The position numbers and the translations under genes are program-made. Below are positions 58,877-64,000 of a stretch of DNA of 64,000 nt, one piece after another. The first letter of the stretch is position 1. Every line of letters starts with the position of its first letter. The DNA comes from Lobosporangium transversale (lineage: Eukaryota). The notes below the pieces were generated by a model. The model made no database searches, was not told where the DNA came from, and worked only from the letters and a program-made list of their open reading frames with translations. Location of the stretch: positions 372,001 to 436,000 of the forward strand of contig NW_019028991.1 in the NCBI RefSeq assembly GCF_002105155.1, in the 5' to 3' direction.

Positions 58877-58992
58877 TGTATTTGGCAGCCCAGCTGCCAC
58901 CCAAGAGTGCGAAGTTAAGTGGCAGCCCCCAGAAGTAGGCTGCCAAATAGAGGCAAAAATTACTATATTTGGCATGGGCTGCCAAATAGATT
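58323..58992. mobile_element. ~670-bp inverted-repeat element with multiple TTGGCAGCC subterminal motifs
   Basis: Left AATCTATTTGGCAGCCTAGTTGCCAAATATAGT versus right ACTATATTTGGCATGGGCTGCCAAATAGATT; TGGCAGCC/GGCTGCCA recurs several times near both ends. Confidence 0.6.
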
Positions 58993-59564
58993 GTGAAACG
59001 AAATTGCTCACCTGTGTCCATTCAGATGGACACAGGCGGACACAGGTGGACACAGAAGGATACCAAGTCACAAAATTTTTATATTTCGCTTCACAAATCT
59101 TTTTCCACAAAATGGATTTGTGAAGCGAAATAGACAAAATCTTTTTATGGTAGAGACAGTGTTAATGATTAAACATGACAGTTTTTATATTGATGAAGTA
59201 TTCAATTATTTCTGTTATAGTGCGTTGGTAGCCGAGTCGAGTCAAAAATGCTTTGATAGTGCTTTGATGGTGTTTTGTCTTGTTAATAATGTTGACGATA
59301 ATGCTTTTTCCTGGATGATACTTATGCTAAACACCTTGGAATATCACAAATTTCACGACAATGGATTGCTTGTACATTGTATTTTCTCAGCCTCTTTTGG
59401 CTCAAGGATGCAGCCAACAGTTTTCTGCTTCTTGTAGCTCAGTTCATGTCTTGGTATTTCCGACACCATCACTACTTTGTGCTTTATTGCTTAAATTTGT
59501 ATCCGAGGATATATATATATGTATATATAAAAAAAAAAAGAAAAAAAAAATTACCCTTACTCAT

Positions 59565-63501
<3,937 letters not shown>

Positions 63502-63921
63502 TTTGAAAGTGAGCAAGCAGGAATGAACCTTTGAAAATGCGAATGTGCCGTTATTTTTCTCAGTTTTAGTCAGGGGAGAGGGTAAGTCTACTCTGTGTAT
63601 TGTAGGTTTTATTGTTTTATTGTGTATATGAATGTATGGAGGAATGAAGGCGTGAAATAAAGAAGAAAGAAAGAGATCTTTAGCATGCCATGATGACATT
63701 GTTAAAATTTCGATGGATTTGATGTCAATTCAAATTTCAGGACAAGTGTCGGAGTAAAAGCCACAAAACGGACACATGTCTTGTACGTACAGACATGAAA
63801 CATAATACCCTTAAATGGAAAAAGGACTGGATTTGGCATCATAATCCATTATAGATTAATCCAAACAAAACACTCCCATGGAAGTAACTTCATCCTTATC
63901 GTTATGTAAAAAGAAATGAAG

Positions 63922-63993
63922 TTCCCAATCCGGGGTTCGAACCCGGGCCGCCTCGGTGAAAGCGAGGAATCCTGACCACTGGACCAATTAGGA
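63922..63993 (-). tRNA. tRNA-Glu (anticodon UUC)
   Basis: Minus strand TCCTAAT-TG-GTCCAGTGGTCAGGAT-T-CCTCG-CTTTCAC-CGAGG-CGGC-CCGGG-TTCGAAC-CCCGG-ATTGGGA-A: 72-nt cloverleaf, no intron, A and B boxes present. Confidence 0.97.
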
Positions 63994-64000
63994 AGCTCTT

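Overview
Intron-rich eukaryotic DNA with long A/T homopolymer runs. Gene content and style suggest an early-diverging fungus, probably Mortierellaceae/Mucoromycota (inference). Host genes: PRA1/Yip3-like (partial), RPL11, peroxisomal multifunctional beta-oxidation enzyme (SDR + hydratase-2 + SCP2, ending SKL), a Cys-rich type I membrane protein, an OFA-type MFS transporter, two small secreted Cys-rich proteins, an LRR protein, USP7/Ubp15, a DUF4477/Rmp1-like protein, a membrane J-protein, USP48, a LisH/CTLH protein, a two-LIM CRP-like protein, a GH3 beta-glucosidase, a 4-TM protein and tRNA-Glu(UUC). The intergenic DNA holds many mobile-element remains. Two decayed Fanzor (eukaryotic TnpB-like RNA-guided nuclease) genes flank USP7 in convergent orientation. 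A Crypton-type tyrosine recombinase with all catalytic residues lies next to recombination-site-like palindromes. There are also three TA-flanked Tc1/mariner-type MITEs, two further inverted-repeat elements, a RecQ-like helicase pseudogene, a PD-(D/E)xK-like pseudogene and a ~100-nt candidate structured RNA. All calls come from reading and hand translation; no database search was run.
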